DNA of 62,004 bases, the filler included, from Globobulimina sp. (Eukaryota), in the NCBI GenBank assembly GCA_003354225.1. It is 23 parts of 23 records of this genome, joined end to end, with 100 filler letters (N's around TTAATTAATTAA, not from the genome) between each part and the next. Parts side by side here need not be neighbours in the genome. Positions count along the whole stretch, not along the records: positions 32,414 to 35,013 come from PIVH01005796.1; positions 35,114 to 37,713 come from PIVH01005797.1; positions 37,814 to 40,413 come from PIVH01005798.1; positions 40,514 to 43,113 come from PIVH01005799.1; positions 43,214 to 45,813 come from PIVH01005800.1; 18 more parts are not named here. One strand, given 5' to 3'. Under the pieces are notes generated by a model, which made no database searches, was not told where the DNA came from, and saw nothing but the letters and a program-made list of their open reading frames with translations. The first letter of the stretch is position 1, and the number at the start of each line of letters is the position of its first letter. This document shows positions 32,414-45,913 of this stretch, in pieces. The position numbers and the translations under genes are program-made.

Positions 32414-32750
32414 ACAGGTTGATATTTCTGATAATCCCATTCAAGGAGTTATTGATTTCAAGGCATGCAATTCTACTCTCACAATGCCAGAGTACTTTGT
32501 TATGGGAGGATGTAAATATGTCACAAGACTTGTAAACATACCCAATGCATTACAATATCTTAACATTTTTAATTCAGGGATTACATCGCCAGATCAATTA
32601 GAATTTGAGAGTGAAATGGGATTAACAGAAATTGTAACCAATCGTAATCAAACAAAAGAGTGGGAAACGTTTTTGCGTGAAACTGGCAGAGAAGTGCGGT
32701 CTTGTGATACTGGCATACATTATGACATAGTAAGTTTATGGTTATATTGA
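32414..32750 (+). CDS. 3' fragment, possibly a leucine-rich-repeat protein
   Basis: VDISDNPIQGVIDF resembles an LRR; the downstream part is unassigned. Confidence 0.3.
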
Positions 32751-33424
32751 TTAATGGCTAAAGCACTCGGTGACTCTGTCTGCATGTTAACAGTCCATTT
32801 GCTCTCTCACCAGTTGTTCTATTGAATTTGTTTCGAACTTTCTTTTTTTCAACATTTTTGCAACATTTTTTCTATCGATTTGTGTTTTCCTCCACGTTTC
32901 ATATTGATTATCAAATTATGTAATCTGAATATGTTGTATATTAATTTGTATTTTTTTCCGACAAATCTATTTTCGTAACGAGAAGGAATTGAAGTGTCTG
33001 CCTATTGCAAAATGACTCGTCATAATTGTTTGTTTGCAAAACGTTTGGAATTTCACTAAAATATCGTTTGGAATGTTCACAAGTTCATCGTCGTTATCCT
33101 TTTTTCTTTTTGTGTTATAAACCGATATATATTCTCAGAATATATACCATTGAAAATTGCTAAGTTGTTGTAATTGTGTCCATATTTATGGTTGTTGTCG
33201 GATCTGAATTTGGTATTAAAATTCGCTTTTTCTCATTATATAATTAACATTATCTTGTCGATACGCAGAATATTGATCATTTCTACTCCACAAATTGCAC
33301 ATATATACGCACCAAAACACCGTTGTTATAAATCAGATATGAACGAAAATCAAAACGATTGAAATGAGAGACACAATTTATTAAAGCAACATAAATTTTA
33401 AACTGAACATATACAGTACATGAA

Positions 33425-35013
33425 CTAATTTTTAATAAACATTAAATTTTTTAATTTTCGGTATTGATGAGTTTTTCTGAACCTATCATAGGAATCAGTC
33501 ATCACAGAAAATACACCACGAATACATTGATTGTAAATACATAACAATTCCTTCAAACCAATGTTTTGATTTTGCAAAAATTCATTTTTATCATGAACCA
33601 TATTTATTATTTTTCTACGAGTATAAAAAGATAAATTTATTTCCCATGAACCATAATTTATATACAGCATTCTTACAATGGATCATAAACGATTCAATGG
33701 CCAACTCCAACACATCAATATCTCCGTCGCCATCATAATGATACACAATAAATGATTTTGGATATGTTTCTGGTAATTTTATATCTGTAAATCCGCTCAT
33801 ATCCATATTGACAGAATCAATCAATGAATTTATAGATAAACGTCTGTTATACAAATGATACGCCTCTTCATCATACAATATATTATGTTTCTACATATAT
33901 TGTTTAACCAAATTTCTATATTGAATAAACTCGTAAACACTCAATAATATTTCCATTGAAAACTCACAACTTAAATGACTCATAAACGCAGAGAATCCCT
34001 TTTCATGTCCGATCAGTTCAACCAATTTTATTTCTTGCAATGGATTTTTATTTTTATCCACAAATTGTTCGTGTTCCATTTTCTGTAATGACATGGATAA
34101 TGCTTTTTGTTTGTGCCTATCCCTATGAATATAATTAAATAAATTGTCATTAACTTTATTTTGCACAGAGTCGTCTGTGTCGTAATTGTCGTGATTGTAC
34201 TGCAGATATTGTAAGTTTACATCATTACTATTTGCTATTTTTACATTCTTCACACAATATCTTTGCGATGACAATATTTTCCCAACTTTTTTATTCACCC
34301 ATCCCGTACAAATATATATTATTAATGTATGCCAAAATATAATTGTATTATAGGTCAAACATGGTCCAATTATCGCATTCCATAAAAGCGTTTCTTGTGT
34401 CCATATTTGCATCAATGTAGCAGCATAAATGCATATTATACACATTAATAAACATAGAAATAATCGCTGTAGTTCCAATGTCACATAAAATTCATCTTCG
34501 AATTGTGGCATTTTATAATAAATTACACATAAAATTAAAAATGGAAACACTTTTAATGTCAATATAATTGAATATGATTTAGCAAAAGCCGAATCATCTC
34601 CGAATTTACCAGCCGCCTCTTGATAGACAAAGGAGATTATTAACTGTGTGAATGTGAATATTATGGAGGAGATAATTACAATTGGAACTATTACATTTTT
34701 ATATAAAAATGTTTTATTTCCTAAAGTGTTTCTGTGTGATAAAAAATACTCAAATTGTGTTGCTTTTCGTTGTTGGAATAATACAGGATTTATCACAGCG
34801 ATCCATTCATTATTTTTCGATTCGATGATAAAATTAATGTCATAATAAAGCAAATAAAATCTATATATTATTATTCATGTGTTCTTATAGTATTACCGTG
34901 TATTATGTACATAGATAATGTCATAAAACATACCTCCAAACGCATAGATAATACAAATAAATTGATATTGATGTTTCGGCGGATAGATATATTATATAAA
35001 GTGGTTGAACCTG
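33425..35013 (-). pseudogene. TM-RGS (7TM-RGS-like) gene with in-frame stop and frameshift
   Basis: TM helices, then RGS box GFSAFMSHLSCEFSMEILL, WEINLS and MTDSYDRF. In-frame TAG at 33891-33893 and a frame change near 33670, neither with room for an intron. Intron about 34861-34934. Confidence 0.65.
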
Positions 35014-35443
35014 NNNNNNNNNNNNNNNNNNNNNNNNNNNNNNNNNNNNNNNNNNNNTTAATTAATTAANNNNNNNNNNNNNNNNNNNNNNNNNNNNNNN
35101 NNNNNNNNNNNNNCAGTTTTAAGGAATAAAAATAAGAATCATAAAAAAGAAAATATTAATTCAACAGCAGGCTCAGCAGAGGAACCAACGAGAAAAAGAA
35201 GAAAGACAAACAGTTAACGTTTGTAACTTGTAAGTGATAGACATGTTATATTTGAATTGATGGGACTTTATTCTAATATTTAATTTCACGAATAATTTGT
35301 ACGTTATTTAGGTTCTTGGCAACAATCCAATTGATAATGATCGATATAAATATTCGTTGCAAAACTCCGCTTTTAAATGATTTGAGGTCTCACAAAAAAC
35401 ATAAATCTTTCTAAGCAGACCGACGTACGCTTTCAATTCAAAG

Positions 35444-37270
35444 ATGAAACGGTGTTTAGTTCCAAGCTCAGATGATTGTGACGATATGAATCCAATTCTC
35501 ACCAATCCATCAAAAAGACGCAAAATTAATGAATCAAACAGCGAGGAAGATATTAATGATTTTGTATCAAAACAAAAAAGCAGAAAAAGAAAGAAAAAGA
35601 AAAAACATGCAAAACATAGCAAACAGACAGCAAGTAATTGTTCCATTTGCTTAGAATATATGAATAGCAGTGGTAACCATCAAATCTGTTGCCTGAAATG
35701 TGGCCATTTGTTTGGTCGGAAATGCATTCAACGAACAATCCGTAAAAATGGTTTATGTCCAATTTGCAAAACGGAAAATTCCATCCATAATATCCGAAAT
35801 TTATTCAATACAAATATATCAGTTCGAGATATTGGTGATAGAGATGAATGGATGAATAAATGTGACTCAATAATGCTAAAATTACATAAAGAAATGGCAG
35901 AGACGCAATCGTTAAAAAGGAAAGTAAATAAATTAGAAAATATAAATAATAGTTTGCAATCAACAAATAAAACATTAAAATTAGAACTTATTCGCATGAA
36001 AAGCAAATATCAAAATGAACAAAATGAGAGAATTGAATTAATGACGTCGACACAAGTACGACCCGACACATTAAGCCTCAGTCAATTTAAATTCAATCCC
36101 AATCCCAATCACAATGCAACTCATAACCATAACAATAACAATAAGTCCGTGATAAATCGAATTGGATATCCATTAGAAACGCATTTTTTTAAGAAAATTG
36201 CATTTGGAAATAAAAATATTAATGTTTCCAAAGTATTTGAATTCGATCACAATTTTAATCATATTTTCTACAGTTACTATGGAGGAATGAGTGGGTATAA
36301 TATCAACAAACATGATATGGAAACAGATAAATCGGATAATATCATTGTGAATCATTTGAAGAAAATAAATGATATAAGATATAATTATCAGGTTTGCGAA
36401 AAACGTATGAAGTTTTTGAGTCAGTCACTTGAAAATCTTTGAAAAATGATTTCATACTTTTTTTGGTTGCAAACTTGATAATTTTTGATAAAGTCCAGAG
36501 AGATATTATGTGTATCTGATGATAAAACAATATCAGTCTCTGATATTAACATAAAAGCAATGAATAAGAATAAGAAATATTATTTTGCATTGCCAGATAT
36601 TGGTTGCAAATGTTTGTGGTCGAATATATGTGAATATTATGTATATGCTGCATGCCAGAATGGATATTTTTGTATTTTTGATATTCGGCGAAATCATAAA
36701 CATATTGTTTGTAAAAAGTTAATTGATAATAATTCCAATTCATATTTTAATACTCTTTGCTCATTAAAAGATAATAAATTATTAATCTCCTCAAATAATG
36801 AATGTTTTATGTTGAATGAATATGATTTAATAAACAATAATCAGTGTTTAACATCGATATTAAACTCGAGCTCATGCGATAATATATATTCATGTGATTA
36901 TAATAAAAAATGTGATTCGGTTCTAGTTTCCGACAAATACAATCATAACATTGTGAATTTAAATAATTTGAATGATAAAATCACTGTAAATAATAATGAG
37001 GATAATATTCATTCATTTTCATCATCATTGTTTTGTATGAATAATGAGAATAAATATATTTGTTTTGCAAGCTCAAATAAATTAAATATTTATTCTTGTG
37101 ATTATAATGATAACAATGAATATCGGTTTAAAACGACATTCCATACATTCAAGAAACATGCCACATGTTTTGATATAAAGATATTTGATTCGGATAAATC
37201 GAATAAGATAATTGGAGCATTATGTGATACAAATATTGTCTTTTATACGTGCTGTCAAAAGCTGAATTGA
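35444..37270 (+). CDS. RFWD3: RFWD3-like RING, coiled-coil and WD40 E3 ubiquitin ligase (2 exons)
   Basis: CSICLE..SGNHQICCLKCGHLFGRKCI...CPICK RING, then coiled coil and WD-like repeats (CIFDIR). Intron 36392-36493. Confidence 0.78.
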
Positions 37271-37403
37271 TTTTTCCTTGGCTTATATTTATAGATTCCT
37301 ACGCATTTTAAAAGGGAAGACTTCAATTCTTCGAAGTAGTGGAGTTTTACTAACACTTTTTTAATAATAGCGTCGATCGTGAATAAAAAATACAGAATAA
37401 AAG

Positions 37404-37713
37404 ATGTATGCATTGCGTGTGGCTCGACGTGTTTACCGAGGAATCTATAAATTATCGTCAAAAAAGAAATCGACCTCACCATCGATATCAGTGCAAAAAA
37501 GAACTTTCCACGCCTCAATAGCAGGGAGATGGGCTACACCCGATCAGTTATCAACCTCTGAACTCCGTCGTGAATGTGACCGACGTAGTTTATCCACGAA
37601 GGGATCGCGTACCGCCTTAATTGAAAGAATACGAGAAGAACTATCTAAATGTGGTGGCTATGATAATGGCCTTACCTTAGACGACCATTTAGCGCACGAA
37701 AAAAAACAAATTG
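37404..37713 (+). CDS. SAP-domain protein with mitochondrial-type presequence (3' truncated)
   Basis: R/S-rich acid-free N-terminus; LSTSELRRECDRRSLSTKGSRTALIERI. Confidence 0.7.
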
Positions 37714-38239
37714 NNNNNNNNNNNNNNNNNNNNNNNNNNNNNNNNNNNNNNNNNNNNTTAATTAATTAANNNNNNNNNNNNNNNNNNNNNNNNNNNNNNN
37801 NNNNNNNNNNNNNCCGCCGTTTCGTGGCCTTTTGTGTATACCATAATTTTAAATAACATACAAAAATATCATGCAAAATATGGCCTGTACTTAGAGAGAT
37901 GTGTTATCATATAATTAAAAACATATAAGTAGTGCTTTCTCATACCAATGATTAATTTATGGGATATAATAGTTGCGTATCTAAACTTTCCACGCCTATG
38001 AGCTTTTATTTAGGAATACTGCCATATAAATCACTTCACACAAAACTGACAAATCAATTATTAAAAACACAGCTGCAACTTCAAGGCTTTTTGAGCAATA
38101 TTGGGTTTATGTGTTTGTTGTGAGACCTAAACCAAATTGAAAAATGCAATAAAACATGAAAATTGAAAAAATTATATAGCAGACTACTGTTTACCATATC
38201 GGCATTTTTTAATATTTATGTTTGTAGTGCTTTTTATCA

Positions 38240-39151
38240 TCATCGCCAACAAACCGTGCAATAGCCATGATGGCTACAACTTGAATCTGAATCATTTCTA
38301 CAAATCGCTTTGAAACATTTCTTGCATTTTGAAGGCAGAAAATAATTCAATCTCTTTTCACATTGACTAAAAAATGAATGATTCATACACAATCCGCATA
38401 CACTTTCATTTGAAATCTCATAATTCACACATTGTCCTCCCGTATGTTTGCCTTTCTTTAATATATTTGAAATACAACAATTTGCACAAAATATCCTCCT
38501 GCTATGCCCATACAAAATATCTACTTTTCCTTTATCATTTTTTCTCACATTATCCTCACATACTAAATATTGATGGAATACTGCACCATTTTGGTTTATA
38601 TTTTTTTCAAAATCGTATTGATGATTACATACAATCTCGAATTTACAATTTTGACATTCCATTGATATGCCCATTGCATATGTAGTTACAATGTGAATCA
38701 CATTCGAATTGCTTAATATATCAGTTAATGATTCAAAAATTGCATTGTACTCCGCTTTGACAGTACATGTTTCGCATTGATATTCCTCATATAATTCCCA
38801 TTTGCATTTAAATAATGCACACAATGAACAACAGAATTTATAACAGACTCTGCATTTTGCCATTAATGTTGGATCAATGTTAACGCATTGAGGCAATTTA
38901 TAATCGTTTAGATAGCTATGATATGGTGTAAATTGGTTTAGTTTTTTTATATCCACAAATGATGGCAATTCCGTAATATCAATTACAATGCTGATTTTTT
39001 CTTCGAATTTATTGTAATATTCAATTTTTAGTATATTTGGGTATATCTTATCTATAACAGATCCAATCGCACATTTTCCTGCAGTAACATTGTACAAAAC
39101 ATCCACTCGATCGCCAATCCTGATATTCCACACAAATGTTTCTGTGTTCAT
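38240..39151 (-). CDS. Cysteine-rich hypothetical protein with multiple CxxC pairs
   Basis: About 300-aa ORF; N-terminal IRIGDRVDV (Tudor/SH3-like); head-to-head with the 39219 gene. Confidence 0.65.
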   Translation of the reverse strand: MNTETFVWNIRIGDRVDVLYNVTAGKCAIGSVIDKIYPNILKIEYYNKFEEKISIVIDITELPSFVDIKKLNQFTPYHSYLNDYKLPQCVNIDPTLMAKCRVCYKFCCSLCALFKCKWELYEEYQCETCTVKAEYNAIFESLTDILSNSNVIHIVTTYAMGISMECQNCKFEIVCNHQYDFEKNINQNGAVFHQYLVCEDNVRKNDKGKVDILYGHSRRIFCANCCISNILKKGKHTGGQCVNYEISNESVCGLCMNHSFFSQCEKRLNYFLPSKCKKCFKAICRNDSDSSCSHHGYCTVCWR

Positions 39152-39218
39152 GCTATGGTTCAGCAAATATACAATCAAGACTTCAGATACATGTCAAAAA
39201 CAGTTCGCGCGTCACAAG

Positions 39219-40413
39219 ATGCTCACGCGATCCGTTAATTGCACAAAGTACACAAAATACCTGTCATTTTACCATTATCTGTCGTCATTAAATAAATGCT
39301 ACACTACTTCATCTAATTTACCATCTGAAGCAGATGTCGTTGTGATCGGTGGCGGAGTTATTGGAACGTCGACTTTATTTCACTTATCAACACAAGGAAT
39401 CAATGCTATATTACTTGAAAAGGATCAAATCACTGCAGGAACTGTATGCATATGTCTTTCTGTTCGGTTATGAACTATATAGACTTAATATACTTGTAAT
39501 GTTAACAACAAAAGACATGGCATTCGGCCGGCTTATTATGGAGATTGCGACCAAATGATACTGAAATACGATTAATAAATAGAACACGTGAATTAGTAAA
39601 AACAAATGGTATTTTAGAACAAGAAACAGGTTCATTCTATTCATACAAATGCATGTTATTCCGTGTTTTTTTAGGTTAAAAGTCCTAACATAAATGGAAT
39701 ATGTTTTTAATGTAAAACAAAATTTAAAATGTTATTTTAAGGTGAAACATGTGGATGGAATAGCAATGGTGGATTATTTGTGGCATCAAGCAAAGAGAGA
39801 ATGGATGAATATAAACGATTACATAGCATTGGTAAATATTTTGATATTGAATCTCAAATATTATCGCCAACACAAACCAAAGAGTTATATCCTTTGATGA
39901 ATGTGGATGATATATATGGCACTTTATACTCTCCGGGCGATGGAACTGTTGAACCGACGGAATATGTCACTGCTTTATCCAAAGCAGCGAAAAAATACGG
40001 TGCTAAAATATTTGAAAACGTTAAAGTTGAGAACATAGAAACAGATATTTACAATTCCGGGAACAAGACAGTAAAAAGTGTGATTACTTCGAATGGGCAT
40101 AGGATAAAAACAAATAAAGTAATTATATGCGGAGGAGTTTGGAGCAGAGATATTGCTGCCAAAATTGGAGTAAATGTGCCGTTATGTGCTATGAAGCACG
40201 CATATGTATTAACAGATAGTATTCCTGGAATACGAACAATGCCATGCGTCAGGTTTGTGCAATTTTTGCGGTAGAAAGTTTTTTAAAAATTAGTTGTTAC
40301 AATGACAGAGATCATGACTTATCCGTTTATCTTCGCGTTCAAGGCGAATGTTTACAGGTAGGTGGATACGAAGCAAACCCAGTGTTTTGGGATGAAGTTG
40401 ATGAAAATTTTGC
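39219..40413 (+). CDS. SARDH: Sarcosine dehydrogenase / dimethylglycine dehydrogenase family flavoprotein (3' truncated, multi-exon)
   Basis: [32 protein letters not shown] across intron 39444-39514; [33 protein letters not shown]. Confidence 0.88.
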
Positions 40414-40716
40414 NNNNNNNNNNNNNNNNNNNNNNNNNNNNNNNNNNNNNNNNNNNNTTAATTAATTAANNNNNNNNNNNNNNNNNNNNNNNNNNNNNNN
40501 NNNNNNNNNNNNNGACGTTTTTGCTTTTTTTTCACTTAATTCAACTCAACTCATGAAAAATGTGTACTTTTGTGTATACCGTAATTTCAAATAACATACC
40601 AAATGTACCAATCATGACCTTTTATTGTATACACACCATCCTAAAAATTGTATAAAGATGTAAGTTACAGCTGAAAAATAAATGAATCATCAGAAAAAAA
40701 CTCTGTGACAGTCAAC

Positions 40717-41037
40717 ATGATGGCTGTAATGTCAAGCAATTATGGCAAAAAAAGAAAATCCAACAAATCCAAGAAAAAGAAGACATATAAATCGCCAGTA
40801 TATCAATCTAAATCAATTCCGACCGCGTATAAAACGTGTACACCACCAAAGTCAAATTCCAGAAAACGATATTCAAATAAAAAACCAATTGCAAAAACAA
40901 GAAGCTATTACAGACCAAACCAAAATAATAGAGCGGTGTATGCCAAATCTGCCCCAAGCACTCCATTTGTATGGGAGAATGCTTATGATCCGTTGTCAAA
41001 TAATTTTAAGAAAACAAAAAGTTTACATGGTCCATAG
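40717..41037 (+). CDS. Small Lys/Ser-rich hypothetical protein
   Basis: About 105-aa basic ORF followed by a T-rich 3' UTR-like region. Confidence 0.4.
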   Translation: MMAVMSSNYGKKRKSNKSKKKKTYKSPVYQSKSIPTAYKTCTPPKSNSRKRYSNKKPIAKTRSYYRPNQNNRAVYAKSAPSTPFVWENAYDPLSNNFKKTKSLHGP

Positions 41038-41447
41038 AAACAGATGGATAACGCTATTATTTATCAAAAATACACTTTGCAAATGATGGCTATGTTTGTT
41101 ATTGTGTTTCTCGAGAAGTCACATATATTAATGTTTGTGTTTGAATTTTAATGTGTTAAAATGTTTTATCTTTGTATTGAGTTTGCGTGTAATATATTTA
41201 TGTTTGTGTTTTATCTTTTTTGTTGTTTATATTTTATGTTTTTCGTTTGCATTGTTTCCAAGATTTATGGTAATGGTCCTCTATAGTTATTATTTTTTGT
41301 ATGCAATCTGAATGTTTTCTTGCCTGAATGTACATACTGACATATAATATGAACAAGTCATTTAAAAAACAGATTGATCAAATTCCCTCACTGCAAACCT
41401 CAAACTACGAAAGGGATTGCGAACAAATAAAAATGTAAATATTAAAT

Positions 41448-42700
41448 CTATAGTTCAGATTTTGGTTCTTTGTCATTATTGTCATCTATAAGCACCTCAC
41501 TCTCACCTTGCAAATGATTGTCATCAGTCTGAGTGCCATTACTTCCATCTCCAACCTCATCGATATCATCTTCCATTTCCTCCTCATAATCACCGTCAAC
41601 AATGTCCTTTAACTGCGGAGGGGTCCAAGTCCTCTTTGGCTTCTTTGGTAATTTTAACTCTTTTTTGAACTTAAAAACCTTTGGTCGAACATCAAACATT
41701 TCCTTTGCGCAAATTTTATCCTCCACACAAAACAACAATGGCACCAAAAAATCCTTTATCTCATCGCCTTCATTCATTTGCTTTGCTATTTTTTTCTGTT
41801 TTTCATGCAACCATTCATCAAATTTCTCACTCAAAAAATAACACATTTCAGCCACAATCTTTTGTTGCTTTGATTTTTTCTTCACTAATTTCACTTTTTT
41901 CTCCTTAAAATATCGAGGAGCGGGGCCATCGTCCACATCCTCCACAGGTTCCACATCATTTTTTTCTTTTTCCTTAATTCCCAAAAATATCAAATTTATA
42001 CAGATATCCATTGTTGTTTCGCAATACAAAGCAGATCTGAACCGGTACCGGTTTCGTTTGTATCTGATAACAAATATGCTTTATATTACAGTATGAACAA
42101 AACCTGTGTCACATCAGTGTCATTTGCCTGATCTGTGTCCGTATCATCTATCAAATTCCCGTCTTGATCGTGTGTAGCATTCCATAGCAGCTCTTGTCGT
42201 AACCTCTCAATATCCCATTCTTGATCCCATTGTTTATTCAACCGATCAGAGGCTTCCTTTTCTAATTTATGTTTCCTTTTCCGTTCTATCTCTGCCATAG
42301 CTCGGACTATTTCGTTTTCAATCAAGTATAAATAGTCATTTTTCCTCTTTGCCACTCGATATTTGCCTGGGATCGTTGTGTCAGTGCAAGGATATATAGA
42401 ATTGAATTGAATATAAATAGTTTTACCTTTCCAGTCATCGCAAAGGTCCTCGAGTGACAAAAATAGTTTTAACCATCCTGATTGTTTGCGTATTTTTTTA
42501 CCATTGCTATCCAAACGAAAGCCAACTAGTGATTCAAAATCAGCGCTGTCGTCATGCAATGTCTCATTTATTATTGTCGATAATACGGAACATGTGTTGC
42601 AGAATAAGGATTTAAGCGGTTTTGTTGAGATATAATTTGATGGAATGTCATCAATTCCGAGTGACGTGGCTGTCAACAAAGTAAGGACTACAATCAACAT
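41448..42700 (-). CDS. Canopy/MSAP-like saposin-fold ER protein with large insertion (multi-exon)
   Basis: Signal peptide; CNTC; VGFRLDSNGK; LEDLC; then MCYFLSEKFDEWL...FCVEDKIC; acidic tail ending KSEL (KDEL-like). Confidence 0.65.
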
Positions 42701-43650
42701 AATGACATGATGAGGACTTCAAAAAAAGAGGTTTATAGTATTTTGAAGCTAACTATCTTTTAGAAGCTATTTATAAAACGATCATAAAGCAAAGGAAAAG
42801 TATACATCGAACTTTGTACTTTATTTTCATCATAAAAAAACAAGAAAACATCATTTTATATACACGCTGCTTATTATTATAATACATGCCGTGGATAACT
42901 ATGATTCCAAAAACAAAAATAAAGAAAGTGTACATAATCATCGGTCATTCAAAAATCACACAAGCATTTTTTTGATGGTATTGTTTAACACAACAAACAA
43001 AAAAACAATAGTTAAACCAAAAAAAAAACAACAAAAAAGAAGAGGAATATTTTATAAAAATGCAAATCTCAATATATAAAAACATATTTTCTATGCACTT
43101 CAATCCTATAATCNNNNNNNNNNNNNNNNNNNNNNNNNNNNNNNNNNNNNNNNNNNNTTAATTAATTAANNNNNNNNNNNNNNNNNNNNNNNNNNNNNNN
43201 NNNNNNNNNNNNNACAAATTTATTTTTTGATTTACCGGATATTGTTTGTGTAGCCCATGTTGGGGAATATGATATCAATTTATTCAACCATGTAAAATGC
43301 TTTGCAACGGCATTTTCTGTAGAAATACTGTCGTCATCGTTTTCATCTTCATACAAGTGATATTTTAAATCCAATTCGAAGGATTGGATGTTAAAACTGT
43401 CCATTTATAACTTTGTTCACCGATATGTACGATAGTTTTATTGCTATAGTTTTTTTGAAAAACTGCGCATGATCATCAAGCTCAGATTGCATACAGATAT
43501 TTAAAACGCCGCCATTACTAATGAACGCACATATTTATGTGCATGGATAGAACAATAATATTTATACTTCTTATATGTACAATTGTACACAAAAAAAAAG
43601 AAGCAAGCAAAACTAAAATACAATTTAGACTTTAATTATATAGATCAGAT

Positions 43651-45377
43651 TCAACTCTCCTCTTCATCCTCTTCGTTTGATACCAACCTTTTAATTGATT
43701 TGGTTTTATTTTGTAAAATCATAAAAGAATCTGTTTGTTTAAACCTCGAGAATGCCGCACCAACCAACTGCTTCATTTCCACCAAACATTTATCAAATAT
43801 CCCATATAATTCCACATCACTATCATATTCCTCGTTGGCTTCCCATGTTGCTTCATTTTCAAACAATCGATTATATTTTCTTCGAGTAAAATAATCCAAA
43901 TTAATTTCCCAATCACTAAAAAAACAAAAAAACATACTCACCACTAATACATTACACATATAAATATCACATACCATCCAACAGCAATATACTTTGCATA
44001 CAACGCATATGCCACAGCTTTGTGGTTTTTATCTTTCGCAAACACCACATCAGACTGCGGACAATTTTGCGGCAACGTGAATGAATGTTGTTGCGAGCCA
44101 TCAACTAAATCACTTCTACCATTCTCGGACAAACCTTTATATATTTCCTGCTTAAACTGAGTGAATTCTATCATACTCAAAACACATTCGGTCGCATGTT
44201 CACTGCCGCAATGTGCCATAAATAAATCAAACGATTTTTCATTATTCAATACTTGCTTCATTTTCAAGCCTTGATTCAACGATGGCTGGTCGGATAAGGC
44301 CACATTCTTCAATGTCACGGCATGGCTCAACTTTCCAATCTGCCTCGTAGAATATCTCTGCATTACGAGCGCAAATCGCTGCAACGGATATTTGGTTTGC
44401 AATAAGTTTATGGCAAAACCAACAAGCTTCCATAACAAAAATTCAATGGCGACGATAAACGATATCAACACCTCATATTTATCAACATTATTTTCCGCCG
44501 CAGCAGAGATGGAATAATCCACCAATCGGATCCCTAAAATCAACAAATATACGCTGTATATGTGCGAGCACAAAATGCAGAGTCAGGTTCTTTTTGGAGT
44601 GGCAACGTATACTTAACCAAGTGCACAATTTTATTTCTCGACCAAGTCCAATATTGTCATGAAAGGTCAATTGAGTGAGTTGGTATGCCATATAAATCAA
44701 GAAACCCATTGGAATTAAGGTCGACGTCAAAGCTTTAATAACCCCCAACGTCGCATACAGTGCAAATTTGGCAGCTGTATTCTGCGAGAAATATAATAGA
44801 AGCACGCCCAAAATAACATCATTAATGTAAGTACAGACTACGTAAATTAAAATGTTTTGTATGAGTCCACGCAATGTACCCAATTGCTGTTTATATCGCA
44901 AATAATAATTAGTTTCCTTGCAATGTTTGCATACTACTTCCTGCCATTGGTTGTTTATAGTCGCAATCGAATGTCGTATGGTAAAATATAAGATCCATAA
45001 ACGAACAATGAATGTGAACCAAGAGACATACCATAATGGCAGAATTATGTAATACAAAGTAGTGTATAAATGGATGTCTCGGAGCACTGTGAATCCGATG
45101 GCTGACAATATTAATAAAATGGTTTGCCATAAAAAATAAAATACCATTGATGTTATGACTGAAATCAGTAAAATGCCAGGTTTACGTTTTGCACTTTGTG
45201 TGTTGGATTACAGTGTGAGTGATTTACGGAAGAAGATATATAGAACATTACATACACTACGAGACTATCGCTAAAATAGTAGATCTGATAACAATAATAT
45301 GATTCAATGGGAACAAGCACGACATTGCTGAAAATCCATATGATTATGTTAGTAATGACAATTCCTGAATTTGCCAT
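43651..45377 (-). CDS. 7TM-RGS protein (multi-exon)
   Basis: Seven hydrophobic segments across exons, then RGS box SFDLFMAHCGSEHATECVL, LYAKYI, WEINLD and AFSRFKQT. Confidence 0.82.
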
Positions 45378-45913
45378 GGATACTGGGTTGTTTTTGAAAC
45401 GTTTTTAGTATATTGCCAGAGCTTATATCATGTCGCAAACACGTATATTTCAACGATTCCGCCCATCTACGCTTTCTAATCAATTTAATAACCGTTTGAG
45501 TACGTATTGTGTACAAGTTCATTAACCCCCAATCACCAAAACTATTTGTTTCTATCCATATCATATGCTATTCAGATTCATCGCAATCCACTCAACACTT
45601 CTTCAACAAATCGAAACCTTTATTCAAACTGAATCGTTTCACAAAAACCAGCGTATTTATCTCATCGGGATTGATATTTGGATGGAGTTGAGTCTCTAAA
45701 CTAAGTCCATGAATTTTCAAGAAAATTCTCACACATTCACAACGTTAACACTTTCTAATATCAGGCGTCCAAAACCATTTCAACTTCAATTCCAACTGCT
45801 TGGCCGCCTCCGANNNNNNNNNNNNNNNNNNNNNNNNNNNNNNNNNNNNNNNNNNNNTTAATTAATTAANNNNNNNNNNNNNNNNNNNNNNNNNNNNNNN
45901 NNNNNNNNNNNNN

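Noticed and set aside
33891-33893. In-frame TAG as stop-codon reassignment or readthrough
   Set aside because: Other genes here end normally at TAA, TAG or TGA, and this gene also has a frameshift, so decay is the simpler explanation.
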